A stretch of 30,780 bases of DNA from Piedraia hortae CBS 480.64 (taxonomy: Eukaryota), in assembly GCA_010093745.1 (NCBI GenBank), contig MU005996.1:124001-154780 (forward strand), written 5' to 3'. The notes beneath the pieces are model-generated. The model worked only from the letters and a program-made list of their open reading frames with translations. It had not been told where the DNA came from and did no database searches. A program made the position numbers and the translations under genes. Shown piece after piece: positions 1 through 10,871 of the stretch; the stretch's first letter is position 1; every line of letters begins with the position of its first letter.

Positions 1-18
1 AACGGAAGCGATACATAC

Positions 19-2500
19 GTCGATGACCTGTTGCAGCTGCTTTAGGCATAATACCATTTCTCCAAGCTTGTCCAGCCAGGCCATTGCCTCTGTCCAATGA
101 AGGAGGAATGTGCGTAGGAAACGATCAACTTGTCCACCATCTTCAATTGTCTCATTGCTATGGATCGCATGGCTGGTCCAGTAGCGGCAGGCGTACTGTA
201 CTGACTCGGGAATGTGCTTTTCGACATGCTCTGCGGACACATCTTTGCGTTTCGTTGCTGGATGTTTCTGCTTGCAGACATCGCGGCCAAGCTTGTTCTT
301 GAGCAAGTCCATGCATCTGATCTGGAGTATACCGTGAGTCTCGCCTTTGTCAATCCAGAATTCAGGATGGTTCTTGAGACTAGAATCCATGAGGAAGTCT
401 CGAAAAGATTCGTGATAAGCCCGTACCGTAGCCCGTGAGCCCGCCTTGACCTCTTTGCCGCTTGGAAACTCAATTACGGAACTCAAGGGATTGAGAGCAT
501 TAGCAACCATAGTATTCCCTCCCAAGAGATCTGCAAGTGCCGGGATGGTGAGAGAAGAATGGAGAAGGGCGAATGGCTTGATGACTTGGCCGAACCAGTC
601 CAGCCAATCGTCGTCGAACTTAGCAGCTTGGTTCAAAATGTCTAGATAGATTGCGGTCAGCGCTTTTGTACCGGTAGATCTGAGCCCGTTCACCCGATCT
701 TCAAGACGTCCTGGATCATTTTTTGCATCCCTAAGGATAGTTGAAGCCGCGATGAAAAGGGGCTTAGATACTTCAACGAGTTTATCGATGACAAGTTCCC
801 CTGGCCAGTCATCCTCTAGCTCATCATAGCTGGACTCATTCCTGCTCTGCTCGCGAAGCTTCCGTAGTTCATCGTTACAGAACAGTCTCAGGTCGTCTTC
901 GATGGTACTTAATTGCCAGTCTTCAAGCTTCTCGTAATGAAGATACTTGGGATCCAACTGGCCGAGCGTGCCCCGGATCTCCACGTCCGACCGACTCGTC
1001 ACAAATACCCTCAAGTTCAATGTAGTATGAGCACCCAGCTTCGGCCAAAGTTTCATGGCTTGCCCTATTGCTCGTCTGGCGTCGCACTCATCGAGTGCAT
1101 CGATGACAATCGCCCTGACATCGGTTGCAGACCTCGTGCTATACCCTGAAAGCGGTCTCTCAATGAGCATCTCGAACTGGTTTTCCAAGGACTTTGAATC
1201 TGCATCAGAAGGTGAGTCACGAAAGGCATCAGCGATACTGTCACTGATGCTAGGTATCGAATAGGCCATTTGACGAGCAATGGTGGGAAACAGATATTGA
1301 GCATTGCTCAGTTCGCCGCCGCCGCGCTTAAAAAAGAAGCTGCCCACCAAATACCCCTGTTTCGCCAATTCATGGGCAACGGTTCGAGCAATTGTAGATT
1401 TACCCGTCCCAGCTTTTCCAGATAGCCAGAATACCCTTTTTTCATCGTCGGTGGTGGCCCACTTTTGTATGGTCTCTGTGATATCGACTCGGGTACCGTC
1501 TAAACACAACTGGAAGTCACCATCCTGACTGTGGCTACTGTAGTCCCTCGAGTCGTAAGCCGCCCGCTTAGCGTATCGAAGAGCACTAAGATCTAGAGTT
1601 TTTTGAACGCCCTTAACTCCCTGATTGATTTCCTCCTGGGCCTTGCTCAATGCCTCCAGCTGTTTATTTACCCAAGTCTGCTGTTTCTTCGACACCTCGT
1701 CATTCACAGCTGGACGATGGATCTCAATGGTTTCCAGCATCCTGTTGTGCGTGTCTTTGAAGTTTGGTATAACCTCACCAGTCAGAGAGTGCACCATACG
1801 TTCTAGCCGATTCATGTCGCAAGTATTATGGGCATGGGCAAGGAAGCACAGAATGAGGCCGTATAGCTTGACGATATTGTTGTATAGATATTCAATGGAT
1901 GATGTCGCATCGACCTCGCGGTAAATGGCAAGGTACGCGGCCAGGAGACGATTGGTATCTAGCACCGTTTCGATTCCGTCCAGTATCGATTCACTCTGCA
2001 CGTGAACGTTCTGAATAACCTAGAGACATGGTATTAACCAGGGCCGGAGACACAAAACTACTGCTTACCATCAATAAAGAGCGAATACCGGCCCAAGGCA
2101 GGCTAAGGACCTCTGGTGCGACATTCGATGCGACGTCAACCACTGGCATGAATTGCATGATTTGACGGTTAATCTTCCTAATGCTGGCCATCCATTCATG
2201 GGACCTTTTCGTCTGGTTCTGGCCTCTCAAGGCCAGGACTTCCGCAGCGTCTCTCTCAAGATCACTGTTGGGCCCAAGTTGTTCTTCAACGAACTTTCGA
2301 TCGTCGGCGGAAAGCTGGGCAACGGCATCACGCAATAGTCTGCCCTGATCTTGAAACGAATTTTTGGGGGCTAGCACTGGAGCTGAAGTCCTGACAGACA
2401 CATGACGTGTTTGCGAAGGCTGTGAAGCGGAAGCTGACGATTGCGACGTGGAGGTATGTGATCTATACTTCGATTTCAAACGCTCAGTCCATTGGGGCAT
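19..2500 (-). CDS. Fungal NLR-type NACHT-domain protein (HET-E/NWD-like); 3' part lies beyond the window start
   Basis: Exon 1 ATG 2500..2069 (144 codons), intron 2068..2020 (GTAAGC...TCTCTAG), exon 2 2019..19 read as open by manual translation, then a likely GTATGT donor at 18. Contains CLDGTRVDI, Walker A WLSGKAGTGKS (GKAGTGKS 1419..1396), SFFFKRG, Walker B IVIDALDEC (~1110..1084), FVTSR, HESFRDFL, QYACRYW and FLLHWTEAM. Exon 2 is absent from the ORF track because it has no stop inside the window. Confidence 0.9.
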
Positions 2501-3923
2501 GCTAGGCACGGTGGGCGAGGAGAAGGCAACACTCGAAAAAGTTCAGGATGAAGCAAACTGTTGCAAAGCTTCATCGCGCTCAAGATTAGGGCTGATGATA
2601 AGGACCGAGAATGGCGTGCATGCATAGACTTAGCTACATCTTAAGTTGCATACCGCATAGACTCGCCATTCCAATGGTATCACACCACTAATTCACGTGC
2701 TCTTGCAGATACCCAATTCTCCTGTCTAGCGTAGATGACAGCTTTGTCTAATATGGGCCACAATAACGCCTCACAACCCTACGGTGAGCCAGCATACTGC
2801 TTATTGAACACCTGAGGTTGATCTAGCCCTTTGCCACCCTGAGAGTAGGAGACTTCTGCTTCCGCTGGTTCCTGTATCTTGCCATAGCTGCCGGCCATTG
2901 GTTCAACGCTTCATTTCACCACTGTCCATTACCATATTTCAACGTTCACCCCTTCAGCCCCTCACTGACACTAGTTACTCTCGTCCCGAAGTCATTTGTG
3001 ATGACATGCGAAAGATAAAACCATTCATAGTAGGCACTATCTTTTCAAACAGTTTCAATTTTCTTTACGCCCTGCACCCCAACTGACGACAGCATATTTC
3101 CTGCGTCCAGACACCACTGCTCTGGCCATCAATAGTCATGCGCTTGGAAAACCTTTGCATGTATGCAATTGAAATTCCAAAAGTGCATTTTGACGTGCTT
3201 CCAGCCCTCGCTCTGGGATAATTTCATCGGATTTCAGCGGAATTTGACCGGCGCAACTGACTCGATTGACATGCTACCGTTCTCACGGGGAGATGAAGGA
3301 TTTATCGCGGGACGAGGATCGCGCTTCGCGAGAAGCGCCCATTTTGTCCCTGCTTCCCGAGGGAGCGCCGGGAAACACCGACAGTAAAAGTCTATTTGTA
3401 GCATCAACCTATCTCAGTACTTAGGGGACTTGCCAAACATGGACTGAGGCAAGATACCGTCTCCTGCACAACTCACTACAGTTGAAGCGTGTTTGCACCG
3501 TATTAGTACCGAGGATAACTGTCAGGATCTCAGTCCCACTTCCAGTCACGTGGAATCGGCACGGCCCGTAAAATACTACAACACCGAGACAGATGCCCTT
3601 TTGGTCCTTACGCGTTGTTCTAAACTTTTAGGCGATATAGAGTAGCGCACACTAATTAGCTCCGTCATTTGTGTCCTCCGGCCTCTCGGGCCTGACAATA
3701 ACATCCGTTGATACAGACCAAAATGTCCATGAACCGAACGATATTTAAATAATACATGAACCGTGGGTGGAAAATCCAATTGCGTCATAAGGAACTCGTT
3801 TGCAATATCAGAATGAGACAAGAAAACATTGATCAATGTGGAATTTCTACACACTAGCCTCCGACATTTCGTCAGTCATAAGCTATCCGAACGCCATGCA
3901 ATGATCCCATTTTATTGTGACCT

Positions 3924-5445
3924 TTAGTCAACTTCCTCTACAGTCGGGCCATCATCACCACCGGCACCACCAGCACCACCAGCACCGCCGGGCATGCCAC
4001 CCATTCCGCCAGGCATACCACCTGCTCCGGCACCGCCCTCACCTTGGTAGAACTTCATCATGATGGGGTTGGCCACACTCTCCAGCTCCTTTTGTTGACT
4101 TTCGTACTCTTCCTTGTCTGCCTGCTGGTTGTCATCGATCCAACTGACCATCTTGTCAATCTCAGACTTGAGCTTCTCCTTGTCCTCTGATGAAAGCTTC
4201 TCGTCGACCTTGGAATCGCTAAGGGTGTTCTTGAGAGAGTAGGCATAAGACTCGAGGCTGTTCTTGGCTTGGATGCGCGCAGCCTCAGCCTCATCCTCTG
4301 CCTTGTACTTCTCAGCCTCCGCAAGCATGCGCTCGATATCGTCCTTGGACAGACGTCCCTTGTCGTTTGTGATAGTGATCTTGTTCGTTTTGCCAGTTCC
4401 CTTCTCCACCGCCGACACGTTCATGATGCCGTTGGCATCGACATCGAATGTAACTTCGATCTGGGGAACGCCACGAGGAGCCGGCGGAATACCAGTCAAT
4501 TCAAACTTGCCTAGCAAGTTATTGTCTCGCGTCTTGGTACGCTCTCCCTCGTACACCTGTATAAGCACACCAGGCTGGTTGTCGGCGAAGGTTGAGAACG
4601 TCTCAGACTTCTTAGTTGGAATGGTCGTGTTGCGCTTGATCAGAGGTGTCATGACACCGCCGGCAGTCTCGATACCGACCGACAGAGGCGCAACATCCAA
4701 AAGGAGGAGCTCATTGGTCGACTTGTTGGATTTGTCGCCTGAGAGAATGGCCGCCTGGACAGCGGCGCCGTAGGCCACAGCCTCGTCAGGGTTGATGGAC
4801 TTGTTGGGCTCCTTGCCACTAAATTCCTCGGAAACCAACTTTTGGATCTTGGGGATACGAGTGGAACCACCGACAAGGACGATTTCGTTCACCGACCCCT
4901 TGTCCATCTTGGCCTCTCTCAGGACCGTTTTGACAGGTTCCATGGTAGAGCGGAAAAGGTCACCGCAGAGTTCCTCGAAGCGCGCCCGAGTGATCGAAGT
5001 GTAGTAGTCAATTCCCTCATATAGCGAGTCGATCTCAATCGACGTCTGCGCAGAAGAAGACAGTGTGCGCTTGGCACGCTCACAGGCCGTCCGCAAACGA
5101 CGGAGAGCGCGGGCATTGGTGGTCAAGTCCTTCTTATACTTCCTCTTGAAGTCTGCGGTGAAGTGCTGCACGAGGCGGTTGTCGAAATCCTCACCACCAA
5201 GATGCGTGTCACCAGCTGTCGACTTGACCTCAAAGATTCCATCTTCAATAGACAGTAGACTGACATCAAAAGTTCTGCGAGGAATTAGCATCTTGTGTCA
5301 GTTTGAATGGGACCACACTTACCCTCCTCCCAAATCAAAGATGAGCACGTTGCGCTCGCCTTCCGTCTTCTTGTCGAGGCCATAGGCAATGGCAGCGGCC
5401 GTGGGCTCGTTGATAATACGGAGAACGTTGAGGCCGGCAATGAGA

Positions 5446-5495
<50 letters not shown>

Positions 5496-5924
5496 TGTGA
5501 TGACAGCGTTGTTAACGGTACCTCCAAGGTAAGATTCAGCCGTCTCCCGCATCTTTGTGAGGACCATTGACGAGATTTCCTCGGGCGTAAAAGTCTTGGT
5601 CTCACCCTTGAATTCCACCTGGATGACGGGCTTTGATGCCCTGTCGATGACCTTGAAGGGGAAGTGCTTCATGTCGGCCTGCACCTCAGGATCGTTGAAC
5701 TTGCGACCGATGAGACGCTTGGCATCAAAGACGGTGTTGGTGGGGTTCATGGCCACCTGGTTCTTGGCCGCGTCACCGATGAGACGCTCAGTGTCGGTAA
5801 AGGCGACAAACGAGGGCGTTGTGCGATTGCCCTGATCATTGGCAATGATTTCGATGCGATCATCCCGGAAGACACCGACACAAGAGTACGTCGTGCCGAG
5901 ATCGATACCAATCGCTGGAGCCAT
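3924..5924 (-). CDS. hsp70: Cytosolic heat shock protein 70 (SSA-type), ~650 aa, 2 exons
   Basis: Exon 1 5924..5323, intron 5322..5275 (GTAAGT...GCTAAT...CGCAG), exon 2 5274..3924. Splicing restores IFDLGGGTFDVS. Also [39 protein letters not shown], a GGMP linker and C-terminal GPTVEEVD. Confidence 0.99.
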
Positions 5925-6038
5925 GATGAGTGTGCAAAATTATTAAGGGCAGTGTAAAGGGACGAATGCACAAGGTGTGTGGGAAGGGAAGTCGACAAAC
6001 ACGCCCACGCAAAGGTTTTATCAAAGTCTTGCGTCACC

Positions 6039-6187
6039 GGGAAACTTCTGGACAATTCTGACCGTTTCCATGCATGTGAGTGGATTTTTCTACTGCGTTC
6101 CAAAGACCCTCTAAATGTGGTTTAGCCTGTGATGTCATTGGTGGTGGGCAGTCGACAGGGCTTTCTAGAAGCTTCCAGGGACTTCCA
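6039..6187. promoter_or_regulatory. Heat shock elements (nGAAn inverted arrays) upstream of hsp70
   Basis: Perfect TTCtaGAAgcTTC at 6163-6175 extended by caGGGacTTC, and an imperfect GAAacTTCtgGACaaTTC at ~6041-6058, 115-260 bp upstream of the hsp70 ATG. Confidence 0.8.
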
Positions 6188-6690
6188 GCGGTATCCGCTT
6201 ACTTCGAGATGATTCTACGTCGCCATACCAATTGCAAACGACTACCTCGTTGCTGACAGATTACAGACAGGTGGTGGGCATATGGCAGGCAGGGTGTTTG
6301 TCGTCGCTGTCGCCCCTCTAAACCCCGCATTGAGGGGTTTCCTCTATTACTGGAGTACCATGACGCAATCAAGCACAGTGCACCAGGGCGGAACAGTGCA
6401 AAGTTTTATATCTATTGCGTCATACGCTTCCATGGGACAAGCATAATGTGCTTGTTTTGCGAGATAGGTTTTTCAAATAGGCGTCATCTTGTGGGTATGC
6501 CACTATACTCGTCGAGTTGGATGGCAACAGGCAAGTATGAACTGAGCTTACAGGTTGCTGTTCGATTTGCAAATCTCTGCAGGACGACGTTAGCAATACC
6601 GCAATACAATGACGTAGTAACGAAGCCCCGCACTAAGCAACGGTCGGAAGGAGAGGCGCAAGTAGACACTGTTACTCTTCATCCATAAAC

Positions 6691-7674
6691 ATGTCAATCA
6701 CCGTTGCTGGTAAGCCTGTAGGCCCTATTGGGTTTGGCATGATCAGTGTCAGCAGGAAGTCAAGCCCTGATGAGGGCATTGCTACGCTCAAAGCGGCACT
6801 CAATGCTGGCGCCAACTTCTGGAATGCGGGAGAGTTCTATGGTACTGCTGAGTACAACAGCCTTCATCTCTTGAACAAATACTTTGCAAAGTATCCCGAA
6901 GACGCCGACAAGGTCGTTGTCAGCGTCAAGGGATGCTTTGACATGGCATCCGCCAAGGCATTGAATGACGAAAAGGGCGTGCGGGGCAGTATCGAGAACT
7001 GTCTTAAGATCTTGGATGGAAAGTGCAAAATTGACGTTTTTGAGGCTGCACGTGGAGATCCCGATGTGCCCATCGAGACCACAGTAGGTGCTATTGCGGA
7101 ATACGTCAAGGCCGGCAAAGTCGGCGGTATCGGTCTAAGTGAATGTAGCGCTTCAACGATACGCAAGGCCAGCGCCGTGCATCCTATCACAGCAGTTGAG
7201 GTGGAGCTGAGTCCCTTCGAGACAAAGATACTCACTAATGGCGTTGCGGATACTTGCCGGGAGCACAAAATACCGATCATTGCATATAGCCCGCTGGGCC
7301 ACGGCTTCCTATCCGGTGAGCTGAAGAAATTCGAAGATATGGCTCCCGACGACTATCGTCGAAACTTCCCCCGTTTCAAGAGTGATGTCTTTGACAACAA
7401 CATCCAAGTGGCTCACCAAGTGGAGCAGATGGCCAAAACCAAGGGTTGTTCTATGCCCCAAGTAGCTATCGCTTGGGTGTTAGCCCAAACGAAGTTGGTT
7501 GGTGCGCCTGTCATTCCGATTCCGGGAACAACAAAAGTTTCGAGGCTGGAGGAGAACATGAATCCTGCCAAGCTCTCGGACCAGGACGTGGCTGAGCTGT
7601 CGGATGCTGTGGCCAAAATTGAGGTTAAAGGCGATCGTGCACCTGAAGCTTTCAAAAAGTACTTGGATGTCTAG
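6691..7674 (+). CDS. Aldo-keto reductase, pyridoxal reductase-like
   Basis: 327-aa ORF with VGPIGFG, FWNAGEFYG, VSVKG, FEAARGD, GGIGLSE, AVEVELS, AYSPLGHGFL and IPIPGTT..RLEEN. Confidence 0.93.
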   Translation: MSITVAGKPVGPIGFGMISVSRKSSPDEGIATLKAALNAGANFWNAGEFYGTAEYNSLHLLNKYFAKYPEDADKVVVSVKGCFDMASAKALNDEKGVRGSIENCLKILDGKCKIDVFEAARGDPDVPIETTVGAIAEYVKAGKVGGIGLSECSASTIRKASAVHPITAVEVELSPFETKILTNGVADTCREHKIPIIAYSPLGHGFLSGELKKFEDMAPDDYRRNFPRFKSDVFDNNIQVAHQVEQMAKTKGCSMPQVAIAWVLAQTKLVGAPVIPIPGTTKVSRLEENMNPAKLSDQDVAELSDAVAKIEVKGDRAPEAFKKYLDV

Positions 7675-7843
7675 TGTACGGTAGGTGTACATGGAACAAT
7701 CATGTCCATATGCGGTTTGAGCGGACAGCGCACTTTGCTTTTACTCCCAAAATTTCTCCTTTTATTATGCAATACTAAAGCCAGTTATTATACTAACAAT
7801 ACAGAGTGGATTAATGATACACAGGGAGTTACACTGGAAGCAG

Positions 7844-8791
7844 TCAGTTGTGCCTCTGCACCTCAATCGCTCGTTGAACTGCAACCTCCAACGAGTCCTT
7901 CTCGTCAATCGCGATGACAGCATTATCGTTGAGACTATGCTGCAAGCCTTTCTCGGCCATGATGCGCTTCATGGTAAGCAATTCAGACTGGTAGTCGCCG
8001 CGATGGAGGGCAGCCTTCTCTTTGTTCTTGAGCGTGTCCAGTGATGTGTAGCTGACATTCCAGCTTCCACCGGTCTGCTTTTCAAACTCTTCCAGGATGG
8101 CTTTGGGCGTGGCCGTGAATGAGTTTACGCGCAGGAAGCGGTTCCTGGTCTGATCGGGGCGGAGGAGCGTGGCAACAACAAATGCCGCACAGTCGTGTAT
8201 TGTGGTGAGGCTAATAGCCTGACTGACATCACCGAGGAGCACAGCTCGCTGTCGCTGTACGTCAAACATGCCTTCGGCTTCGTTACTGGGAGGTCGAGAC
8301 CCAAGAAAGAAGGAAGGATATCCCTCAGCAAACAGTCCTGTAACGAGGCAGGTGTACTCCAGCGTCTTTGAAGCTTCAAGGACGGCACGCACCGTCAGCT
8401 CTGGCTGTTGTTTGTCAATGACCGAATCGAGGACCGCCCCGGTGGTGAAGCAACAGGGAATAAAGCGGTGCACATCGGGATGATGGTTGGCCAGCTCAAT
8501 TATGCGTTTCTGATGGAGGGCAGCTGATTTTCCAAGACAGGAGACAACGGTGTCGAAGCCGCTGAACGCTTCGAGGATGTCATCGTCGAGAGAAAGATTG
8601 CCAGAGAAGATCTCAACTCCCTGCGCTCTAAGGGCATCCAGCTCGTCCGACATCATCCACAGCATGTTGGCCGACGCAAAGACGCCGATGCGGTTGAAGC
8701 TGTTCTGATGTTCAAGCACCGCACGCGTGACGAACTCGCCGATGCGATTCGTGGCGCCGAAGATGAGAACATTCCTAGAGTGAGCGGCCAT
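7844..8791 (-). CDS. NmrA-like / isoflavone reductase family protein (atypical SDR) with degenerate motifs
   Basis: 315-aa ORF with N-terminal Rossmann strand VLIFGATNRIG, FDTVVSCLG, LEYTCLVTG, AVLLGD...ISLTT..D and LRVNSFTATP..IL.EFEKQTG..W.V.YTSL. Confidence 0.85.
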   Translation of the reverse strand: MAAHSRNVLIFGATNRIGEFVTRAVLEHQNSFNRIGVFASANMLWMMSDELDALRAQGVEIFSGNLSLDDDILEAFSGFDTVVSCLGKSAALHQKRIIELANHHPDVHRFIPCCFTTGAVLDSVIDKQQPELTVRAVLEASKTLEYTCLVTGLFAEGYPSFFLGSRPPSNEAEGMFDVQRQRAVLLGDVSQAISLTTIHDCAAFVVATLLRPDQTRNRFLRVNSFTATPKAILEEFEKQTGGSWNVSYTSLDTLKNKEKAALHRGDYQSELLTMKRIMAEKGLQHSLNDNAVIAIDEKDSLEVAVQRAIEVQRHN

Positions 8792-9087
8792 TGTGTAGCG
8801 GTTTGTTGCTGAGCAAAAGGGGTGCGGACGATTTTTGAGCGATCAAACAGCGCCTCATCAAGGAAACGACTCCCACGGAATCTTCCGTTTGGTTACCAAC
8901 TGCCATGTTTGGCGCAGCTTTTACAAGCCTCATGACTGGTGACAGCCTGCCAAATTGTGCCACAGTGGCTGCAGCTTCTAGAAACGTTTCCATCCCAACA
9001 TATGTAGCAGCTAGGCCGTCTTGTGAAAATTCACATGCGGAATGGCTCCGCTGGCACTCCATGATCGAGTTTGCCATGGACATTGCC

Positions 9088-10152
9088 ATGGCTGCTCCCC
9101 GTCTGCTGTTCCTGTGGCCGATGCTATGGAACCCCGAGTCGCGTGCTCTGGTGACAAGGGCAGCAGTCGGTCGACGGACGCTGCACTGCAGCCATCGGTC
9201 TCAGCAGCGCATGTCAGTGTCCCAACGATACGGATCGGCCAACGAACCACCTCCTCATCTCGGCGGCAAGAGTAAGAGCAGGTCCAAGGCCGATAATGCG
9301 AAACGAAAACCGCCGAAGGACGAGAGTGAATCGGCAGTCGACGATGCGACAAAGCAGAGCGGAATGACGGTAGAGTCGCTGCTTGACAGCGTACCTTCTG
9401 AACCACCAGAAGCAACAGACGAGCCCCGGCCATCCACAGACAGTACCAAAATCCCCCATCTCGAGCCCGGCCGCTACGTGCACCACTTCGACTCCTACGG
9501 CCTCGTGCAACGACTAGCGGAAGCAGGCTGGAGCCGCGAACGGGCGGTAGCGATGATGAAGTCCATGCGCGCGATGCTTGCCGAGAACATGGACCTCGCA
9601 ACAGCAGCTCTCATCTCCAAAAGCAACGTCGAAAACGAATCCTATCTCTTCCGCGCAGCCTGCGCCGAGCTGCGCACGGAGGTGACAAACCGTCGCAAAG
9701 CCGAGCAAGAAAAGATGCGCACCGAACGCAACCAACTCCAACACGAAGTCGACATCCTCAGCCAGCAACTAGGCCAATCCTCCGCTGCGCTCAAAGACGA
9801 ACTAGCCGCGATGTTCAACGAGCGCAAAATGGAACTCCGAAACGAACAGCGAACCATGGAAAGCCGTATCCAACAGCTTAATTACAAAATTACGGTCGCG
9901 TTGCAGGCTGATGCGCGATCGGAAATTGAGGGGCTTAGATGGGTTCTCACTCGTAGGGTTATCATGGCGCTGAGTATTGTTGTTGTTATGGTTGTGGGGA
10001 GTCTCAAGTTGTATTCAAATTCTTTGCATGAGAAGGATGTGCAAGGGAGGAGTGTGAAGCCTGTGGTTGAGAAGGCGGTCGAGAAACCTCCTGATGGGCG
10101 CCCGGTGCGGGATATTGTCGTGCCGGAGGCGGAGTTATTGACAGCCGGGTAG
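9088..10152 (+). CDS. Mitochondrial DUF1640 coiled-coil protein (CCDC90/MCUR1/Fmp32-Put7 family)
   Basis: Likely start MAAPRLLFLWP at 9088 with an Arg-rich presequence-like N-terminus, HHFDSYGLVQRL head motif, ENESYLFRAACAELRTE, long coiled coil, and RSEIEGLRW followed by a C-terminal TM helix. The ORF is open from 8905. Confidence 0.85.
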   Translation: MAAPRLLFLWPMLWNPESRALVTRAAVGRRTLHCSHRSQQRMSVSQRYGSANEPPPHLGGKSKSRSKADNAKRKPPKDESESAVDDATKQSGMTVESLLDSVPSEPPEATDEPRPSTDSTKIPHLEPGRYVHHFDSYGLVQRLAEAGWSRERAVAMMKSMRAMLAENMDLATAALISKSNVENESYLFRAACAELRTEVTNRRKAEQEKMRTERNQLQHEVDILSQQLGQSSAALKDELAAMFNERKMELRNEQRTMESRIQQLNYKITVALQADARSEIEGLRWVLTRRVIMALSIVVVMVVGSLKLYSNSLHEKDVQGRSVKPVVEKAVEKPPDGRPVRDIVVPEAELLTAG

Positions 10153-10871
10153 GGAGGTATGCTGGTTATGTTTGGGCGACGGCAGCGCTGATATAAACTG
10201 ATCCGCTTCGGTAATGACAGTGTTCGTTCTTATACTTAATGCTGCGTAGGCAGAGAATGAGGGCGGCCTTGCGGGATCGTCCCGGTAGATTCTGAGCTCT
10301 CAAAACAAGTCTTCATGAAATTCTCAATCACCAGTTATATCCATGTGATATATATATACCCCTGTGCCGGGCACTGTGGTTCTCCAACGACCCCCACCAG
10401 GTTGAAATGTAATGTGTATGTGTGAAAGACGTAAGGGAAACTGTCAGAATTCAGCCAGTCTCACAAAGGATATTTCTCCCGCCAGTAACAGAACGCAAAG
10501 CATCCTATTTGCTCTTTGCAGCAACAATGAAGCCTCATACATCGAAATTTCCTTTGGTGGGGAGGAGAAAGTTTGCCAAGATCTTACCCCTTTTCCAATA
10601 TCTCCCACAGAACAAGGTTCAGGTAGTAAAGGGGTCATCGCCCCACAGCGAACTGGGAAACTCCGGTAAAGCCTGGGCGGGAACATTCAACCACTGTTGT
10701 GTATACACTCTGTAGATATCTTTCGCATACCTTGTATTCCTGCAAGCGCCATCTTGGGGGTACCCTCGTCCATCTCGTCTTCAATTGTCGCAGGTTCCAC
10801 ACATTCCTTCTTAATCTCTTTCCCAGCATTTGTCCATCCAAAATGCTTCCCCAACTTCCCCCAACAGGATT

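Noticed and set aside
42..1924. Short ORFs on both strands in the first 2 kb
   Set aside because: Shadows or alternative frames of the long NACHT exon.
2520..3900. Possible gene or ncRNA between the NLR and hsp70
   Set aside because: Only short motif-free ORFs; no tRNA or snoRNA structure recognised.
4264..5957. Several long plus-strand ORFs antisense to hsp70
   Set aside because: A well-known by-product of hsp70 codon bias; fragmented and with no independent motifs.
8905..9087. N-terminal extension of the DUF1640 ORF
   Set aside because: It would occupy the divergent promoter shared with the NmrA-like gene; the presequence-like segment starts at 9088.
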